From assembly GCA_002269645.1 (NCBI GenBank), contig NIVC01004937.1, forward strand, positions 1 through 30,858: DNA of 30,858 nt, in the 5' to 3' direction. Under the pieces are notes generated by a model that had not been told where the DNA came from, did no database searches, and was given only the letters and a program-made list of their open reading frames with translations. Below are positions 23,561 through 30,858 of this stretch, in pieces (within the stretch, counting starts at the first letter, position 1; each line of letters starts with the position of its first letter). Origin of the DNA: Macrostomum lignano (Eukaryota). The position numbers and the translations under genes were made by a program.

Positions 23561-23717
23561 TTGGGTGAATATTTTTTAATGACTGAAAGGAGAATTACTG
23601 GCTTGATCAAGAGGAAAGTTCTTCCTAATTGATGCCTTTTCACATATCGACAACGGCAATACATTTATAAGCTACTAATAGATAAGCTAAAACAAATTGC
23701 CTTGACAACAAACGCAC

Positions 23718-23970
23718 CGGTAATAAATTCTCGCCATAGACTCGTAGCGCTCGGAGCCGGCAGTGTCCCACACGCCTAGTACTACTTCGCGATCTCGGCC
23801 ACTATCCGACACCGGACGGCCCTTGAACCGTAGGCGGCCCCAATAGTGCTCTGATAGGCGCTGCCAGTTAAAAATCTATCGTGCAGAAATCGTTCAACTA
23901 GCGCCGTTTTGCCGACGTACTCCTTGCCTAGTAGTACAACTTTTAAATCGACGCGCGTATTGCCCGTCAT
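23718..23970 (-). CDS. RAB24: Rab24 coding exon 1, with a one-base frameshift near 23813
   Basis: [36 protein letters not shown], then in the next frame [22 protein letters not shown]|gtgcgt. GKEYVGKT and DTAGSERY (Ser in place of the usual catalytic Gln) are Rab24 hallmarks. The three exons total 689 nt, one short of 230 codons. Confidence 0.93.
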
Positions 23971-24142
23971 TCTGGTGCAAACTATACTACTTAAACCAGT
24001 GGCAGTGATAGTTTCAGCAGTGCAAGAATTATTTAGACCTTTGCTAGACTTTTTAGATAAATATTAGGATAAAAAACTAATTCGATATAACTTAAACACC
24101 GTTTTTGTTAAGCGGTTGATGCAATTCATAGTCCCTCATCAG

Positions 24143-24635
24143 TGAGTCAAGCTACCGCTAAGTAGGTGAAGCTACCGCAAAGTGGGTGAAGCTACCCCAA
24201 AGTGGGTGAAGCTACCTCAAAGTGGATGAAGCTACCCTAAAGTGGATGAAGCTACCGCAAAGTGAGTGAAGCTACCCCAAAGTGGGTGAAGCTACCCCAA
24301 AGTGAGTGAAGCTACCGCAAAGTGGGTGAAGCTACCGCAAAGTAGGTGAAGCTACCGCAAAGTGGATGAAGCTACCGCAAAGTGGGTGAAGCTACCCCAA
24401 AGTGAGTGAAGCTACCCCAAAGTGGGTGAAGCTACCTCAAAGTGGATGAAGCTACCCTAAAGTGGATGAAGCTACCGCAAAGTGAGTGAAGCTACCCCAA
24501 AGTGGGTGAAGCTACCGCAAAGTGGGTGAAGCTACCGCAAAGTGGGTGAAGCTACCGCAAAGTGGGTGAAGCTACCGCAAAGTGAGTGAAGCTACCCCAA
24601 AGTGGGTGAAGCTACCGCAAAGTGGGTGAAGCTAC
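24143..24635. repeat. 20-bp minisatellite GAAGCTACCGCAAAGTGGGT, ~24 copies, upstream of the Rab24 ATG
   Basis: Direct tandem repeat. Confidence 0.96.
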
Positions 24636-25024
24636 GAGCGTACCACTAGTCCCTCAAACAGGCCTTATGGTCGAAAGAAGCAACAGAAAAGCGTACCGAT
24701 TACTATAAGAGATAGTAGATTTACTACCATAATGAACAAACCTTCCCTTTTCTATATTTCATTACACAAGTATATGTTATATAGTACTAATATTTTCACA
24801 GGCAAACGTACCGCCTATATGTTACTAGAAGGTGCAACTGGATTCTCTATTATTTTGCTTTAAAACTACATCGAGCGGGACAGAGCAACTAAAGCATGAA
24901 TGGAGGGGGTGGGTTGCAGATAACTGAAAGCTAGACAGGAGCAGATGGACTACAACTCAAACTGCTATTAACTAACATTGTCTTTTATCAGTTAACGAGT
25001 TTGCGGCTTTTAAAACACTGCGAA

Positions 25025-25123
25025 TCACGAGTGCCTCGGCCAGTAAGAGTCGTATGGTGGCGTAGGCAGCGGCTCCATATTCTTCTCGCGCATCATTCGC
25101 TGCAGATAGCGATAGCGCTTCAT
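25025..25123 (-). CDS. Probable terminal coding exon of an unidentified upstream gene (MKRYRYLQRMMREKNMEPLPTPPYDSYWPRHS*)
   Basis: GC-rich island preceded by a good acceptor (cccctccccgcag|), open 33 codons to TGA. No family recognised. Confidence 0.55.
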   Translation of the reverse strand: MKRYRYLQRMMREKNMEPLPTPPYDSYWPRHS

Positions 25124-25164
25124 CTGCGGGGAGGGGTTGCGACAGGGGGTTTAGTGAGATGATT

Positions 25165-26178
<1,014 letters not shown>

Positions 26179-26193
26179 TGCATGAGTGCCTGC

Positions 26194-26282
26194 CTGAGTA
26201 CAGTATTGGCGCGCTTGCATGTGCTCAGGAGTCAGCAGAATGTACAGAAATGCCTCAGCCTCAGTCAAAGAATTCCCTTTGA
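26194..26282 (-). CDS. Probable internal exon of the same unidentified gene (xKGNSLTEAEAFLYILLTPEHMQARQYCTQ)
   Basis: Long pyrimidine tract and caacag| acceptor; only one frame is open. An in-frame join to 25123 requires a GC donor (CAG|gcaggc). Confidence 0.45.
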
Positions 26283-26477
26283 CTGTTGCAAAGGAGGCAA
26301 CAAGAACGAAATAAAAATGTTTGAATAAACTACATGTTTCTTATAACATTGTACAGTCATATGTGCTAATTTTTTAGGGAAAAATACTTTTTAAGCAAAA
26401 AAGCATTTGCCCTGAGTGACAGACTAAGATATCAGATCATCTATGAGCGTTGCCTCAAAGAATCTCAGCAACCAACA

Positions 26478-27229
26478 TTGGGGCAAGCATTTCAGCGATT
26501 CCCCAATGAGCCACAGCATTTCAGCAATTCCCCAATGAGCATTGATATCTCAGCAATTCTCCCAATGAGCCACAGCATTTCAGCAATTCCCCAATGAGCA
26601 TTGATATCTCAGCAATTCTCCCAATGAGCCACAGCATTTCAGCAATTTCCCAATGAGCATTGATATCTCAGCAATTCTCCCAATGAGCCACAGCATTTCA
26701 GCAATTCTCCAATGCGCCACAGCATTTCAGCAATTCCCCAATGCGCCACAGCATTTCAGCAATTCCCCAATGCGCCACAGCATTTCAGCAATTCCCCAAT
26801 GCGCCACAGCATTTCAGCAATTCCCCAATGCGCCACAGCATTTCAGCAATTCCCCAATGAGCCACAGCATTTCAGCAATTCCCCAATGCGCCACAGCATT
26901 TCAGCAATTCCCCAATGCGCCACAGCATTTCAGCAATTCCCCAAAGCCACAGCATTTCAGCAATTCCCCAATGAGCCACAGCATTTCAGCAATTCCCCAA
27001 TGCGCCACAGCATTTCAGCAATTCCCCAATGCGCCACAGCATTTCAGCAATTCCCCAATGAGCCACAGCATTTCAGCGATTCCCCAATGAGCCACAGCAT
27101 TTCAGCAATTCCCCAATGAGCATTGATATCTCAGCAATTCTCCCAATGAGCCACAGCATTTCAGCAATTCCTTAAAGAGCATTGATATCTCAGCAATTCT
27201 CCCAATGAGCCACAGCATTTCAGCAATTC
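26478..27229. repeat. 29/30-bp minisatellite CCCCAATGAGCCACAGCATTTCAGCAATT (dispersed family, reverse orientation), part left of the transposon
   Basis: Direct tandem repeat with higher-order blocks. Confidence 0.96.
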
Positions 27230-27249
27230 CCCGTCGAACTTTTCACCCG

Positions 27250-27845
27250 GAATTTCGCCCGGAATTTTTTGCGTTCACCCGGAATTTTTTCCTATTCCAG
27301 TAATGCAATCTGATCCGGGTGGAAATTCCGGATCTGTAACGAAAGTTTACAGAATCCGGGCGAAATTTCCGGATCAAAAAGAAAAATTCCGGAAAATAGA
27401 CCCGGATCGCTAAAAAAATCCGGTGACTGTTCCGGGTGCGATCCGGGCGAGTGGAACGGATCAGCACACAAATCCGGGCTAAATTCCGGGCGACGAAAAC
27501 CGGATCAACACACAATTCCGGGCGAGTGAACCGGATCAGCACACAATTCCGGGCGAGTGAACCGGAACAGCACACAATTCCGGGCGAGTGAACCGGAACA
27601 GCACACAAATCCGGGCTAATTCTGGGCGAGTGAACCGGATCAGCACACAATTCCGGGCGAGTGAACCGGAACAGCACACAAATCCGGGCTAATTCCGGGC
27701 GAGTGAACCGGATCAGCACACAAATCCGGGCTAATTCCGGGCGAGTGAACCGGAGCAGCACACAAATCCGGGCGAATTCCGGAGAGTGAACCGGATTAGC
27801 ACACGAATCCAGGTGAATTCTGGATGATTGAACCGGATTTGCAGC
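27250..27845. repeat. Left subterminal repeats of the transposon (31/42-bp units CACACAA[ATCCGGGCTAA]TTCCGGGCGAGTGAACCGGATCAG plus scattered WTCCGG motifs)
   Basis: Direct repeats seen in sequence. Confidence 0.88.
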
Positions 27846-28316
27846 CAAATCTTAGGCTTATCACAGTAGCAGAAAATTAAATAAAGAACGGGTCATTGTT
27901 CCATACATTTTCCACGACTACGAATTGAATCGAATTCGATTTAGCCGTCCACGAACAGAAATACTGAATTCAGTTGTGCACAACTGCAAATCGTATATTT
28001 CTATGCACTTCTACGTACTTTCAGAAACAAAAAATGCTGACCTTCTGAATGTCACTCGGATGGGCAGCTGGACTTCGATGCTACCATCAACTTTTTTTGA
28101 AGCCGTATACGGTTTTATATACCTTATCGCGACATTGGCTACTCTTCAGGGATCCCCATTGCCTACCTCTGATTGCATCTGTCAGGTGGGTCACTCGCTA
28201 TACAGCTAATTAGCTAGTTAACTCAAGTCAGCTGACTTATCTATTCACTTGCTTAAGAATTGTAAAGATCTCCGCAAAAATTAAGGAACGACTTTTGTCT
28301 CATTTTCCAGGACCTA

Positions 28317-28753
28317 TCAGGGCTCATAAATGTAGACAGCCAATGTCTCGAAGAGCGTTTCTAATGAAATCGAATCCAGCAAATTTGGCCTTAACAAAAA
28401 GCTAGAAATTAATTGCAAATAAATGCGGTGGTGTGTTATGCACTCGATCTTGGACATCGCCCGCATTTCACTCCTCGAGTAGCTCGCCGTCTGGAAATAT
28501 ATGTTTCCAGAAGTCGGCCCCTCATTTTCGGCAGCACTGGCGATTCGTCGCGCCTTCACCTGGTCCGCCTTCTTTTGCCGCTCTGCGGCTGGCCGAGATT
28601 GAAAGAGCGCTGCCTGGCTTCTCGCCACGGTCGTGTCGGATTCCGACGAGCTCGTAGCGGAGATAGCTTCCAATCGAAGAACTTCAGCTTTCATCTGACG
28701 ATTTTCGGCTTGAGCCTCCGACAGCTTTTCACGAACTCCGCTCAATTGATGGC
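28317..28753 (-). CDS. Transposon-internal hypothetical protein, downstream exon (coiled-coil-like start)
   Basis: cttaatag| acceptor at 28754. HQLSGVREKLSEAQAENRQMKAEVLRLEA is heptad-like. In phase with the upstream donor at 28869. Confidence 0.5.
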
Positions 28754-28869
28754 CTATTAAGTACATAAAAATGAGGAGAGTGGCGAAGCAGATTCAAACT
28801 TAAGAATCAACAACACTTATATATATACGAGGCTGCTAACGTCTTCTAGTATATGCATAAAAAACTTAC

Positions 28870-29060
28870 ACAGTTCGTCCTCGGCTTCGCCTTGGGCCCG
28901 AATCTGATCCATCATTGTGGTGCATGACGGGCATCGTGACGGCTGCGGTTGCTGCGATGGCACACGCGCCAAAGCAGTCGCTTCAATCGCTTGGGCCTTT
29001 CTATCCAAAGGCCCCTTCCAGAGAGTGGCGGAATACCGGGATCCGGTACTCTTGTTAGCA
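28870..29060 (-). CDS. Transposon-internal hypothetical protein, upstream exon (5' boundary uncertain)
   Basis: Open frame ...RYSATLWKGPLDRKAQAIEATALARVPSQQPQPSRCPSCTTMMDQIRAQGEAEDEL ending at a consensus |gtaagt donor. Confidence 0.45.
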
Positions 29061-29650
29061 GCCGTGACAACGTGATCTGCTCACGGCTGGTGCAACTGCA
29101 AACGCCTTAGACAAACCAATGGAGCATGTACCGACAAAAATCGGATTTGCGTCTATCTTAATAGGAAAGCTGCTTTGCATACTGGGCCAGTTAGAGCTAT
29201 TTGGAACCATGCCACAGTCTCCGTCTAGACACCCAGCTGTGCCAAACAATATGGTTGGCTGATTTTATGCTTCTAAGCGTCAAATATGACGATAGAATCA
29301 TTCAGCCCGTTGACACACTAAGCAGCTGTGATAGACTACATGCCAGTGGAAGTCAAACCTCTCGCACACAAACAGGGCGCAACAATTTTTCAATTGTCAC
29401 CTGTACGGAGGATGGGCTCAGCCTCACATTACGGACGCTACAGAGCCGCCGAAAAGCAGATCAATTCACATTGCAATTTCGAGGCTTTATTACCCTCGCT
29501 TTCCAAGAGGAATTAGCGCCGTTGACCAAATGGATGCCAGGGATTGCCTGATGGGATAGCCATTTGCTGGGGTCTGTATTCAGCGGTTTTCCATCGGAGG
29601 CTTCCTCTCAAAATCCCCATGGAACTTATATAATGGATGCCGGATTGATT

Positions 29651-30385
29651 CCGACTCAAGTCCCAAAATTTTCCCGGATCAGCTTCGCCCGGAACTTGGC
29701 TGAAATTCGGGTCAAGGGAGCTGATCCGGGTGAATTTTCCGGATTATTTGGTCCGGATCACTAGGGAATTCTGACTCAAGTCCCAAAATTTTCCCGGATC
29801 AGCTTCGCCCGGAACTTGGCTGAAATTCGGGTCAAGGGAGCTGATCCGGGTGAATTTTCCGGATCAGTTGGTCCGGATCACTAGGGAATTCCGACTCAAG
29901 TCCCGAAATTTTCCCGGATCAGCTTCGCCCGGAACTTGGCTGAAATTCGGGTCAAGGGAGCTGATCCGGGTGAATTTTCCGGATCAGTTGGTCCGGATCA
30001 CTAGGGAATTCCGACTCAAGTCCCGAAATTTTCCCGGATCAGCTTCGCCCGGAACTTGGCTGAAATTCGGGTCAAGGGAGCTGATCCGGGTGAATTTTCC
30101 GGATTATTTGGTCCGGATCGCTAGGGAATTCCGACTCAAGTCCCGAAATTTTCCCGGATCAGCTTCGCCCGGAACTTGGCTGAAATTGGTCAAGGGAGCT
30201 GATCCGGGTGAATTTTCCGGATCAGTTGGTCCGGCATCACTAGGGAATTCCGACTCAAGTCCCGAAATGTTCCCGGATCAGCTTCGCCCGGAACTTGGCT
30301 GAAATTCGGGTCAAGGGAGCTGATCGGGTGAATTTTCCGGATCAGTTTCCGGATCACTGGAGAATTCCGACTCAATTCCCGAAAT
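29651..30385. repeat. 120-bp tandem repeat, ~6 copies, right subterminal region of the transposon
   Basis: Unit starts CCGACTCAAGTCCC at 29651, 29771, 29891, 30011, 30131, 30250; each unit has several CCGGA/TCCGG motifs. Confidence 0.95.
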
Positions 30386-30654
30386 CTCACCCGGAACATT
30401 TTCACCCGGAACACTACTGAAATTCGGAGTCTACCCAGAATTCCATAGTGTTCCGGGTGAAAAATTCCGGAAAATCAGACCGGAACAGCTTTCCTTTTCC
30501 CGAAAATTTTCCGGATCATATTTCCGATTTTTTTCCGAACAAGGGGCTGTTCCGGGCCAAAAAAGCTGATCCGGGCCTTCACCGGAAATCAATAAAAAAT
30601 CGGGCCCGGATCACAAAATTCCGGAAAAAATTCGGCTGTGAAACGTTCGACGGG

Positions 30655-30858
30655 TCTCCAATGCGCCACAACATTTCAGCAATTCCCAATGCGCCACAGC
30701 ATTTTTCAGCGATTCCCCAATGAGCCACAGCATTTCAGCGCACTTCCCATGAGCATTGACATTCTCAGCCAATTGCTTCTCAATGACACAGCTTCAGCAA
30801 TTCCAAGACATTGATATCTCAGCAATTCTCCCAATGACCAAGCATTTCAGCAATTCCC
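30655..30858. repeat. Continuation of the 29/30-bp minisatellite right of the transposon (indel-rich)
   Basis: Same units as 26478-27229. Confidence 0.92.

Larger units (their letters stand above)
27230..30654. mobile_element. TIR DNA transposon, CMC/EnSpm(CACTA)-like, probably non-autonomous
   Basis: TIR CCCGTCGAAC[T/G]TTTCAC (16/17 match), TC duplicated on both flanks, CCGG-dense subterminal repeats at both ends. Removing it restores the host satellite junction. No transposase motif recognised. Confidence 0.8.

Noticed and set aside
27925-29764. Plus-strand ORFs inside the transposon as a transposase
   Set aside because: No DDE or Transposase_21-like motifs are recognisable; they are short and partly antisense to the better-supported spliced frame.

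Overview
Eukaryotic, intron-rich genomic DNA. The GC-rich exons and minisatellite-filled introns resemble a Macrostomum-type flatworm genome, but that is inference only. Three genes lie head-to-tail on the minus strand: (1) the last two exons of an unidentified gene (26282-26194, 25123-25025); (2) a three-exon Rab24 (23970-20826) with one single-base frameshift; (3) the 5' seven coding exons of an insulin/IGF-receptor family gene (17923 to the window edge: signal peptide, L1, furin-like Cys-rich, L2, FnIII-1, start of FnIII-2; any kinase domain lies outside the window). By my tally about 45% of the window is tandem repeat, and every intron carries at least one mini- or microsatellite. Also present are two inverted copies of a tRNA-derived SINE and a 3,425-bp DNA transposon (27230-30654; CCC...GGG termini, 17-bp TIR, 2-bp TSD, CCGG-rich subterminal repeats, internal spliced ORF) inserted in a 29-bp minisatellite whose family recurs at two other sites. 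Most long ORFs in the supplied track are repeat translation artefacts. All splice models and alignments were done by hand and by eye.
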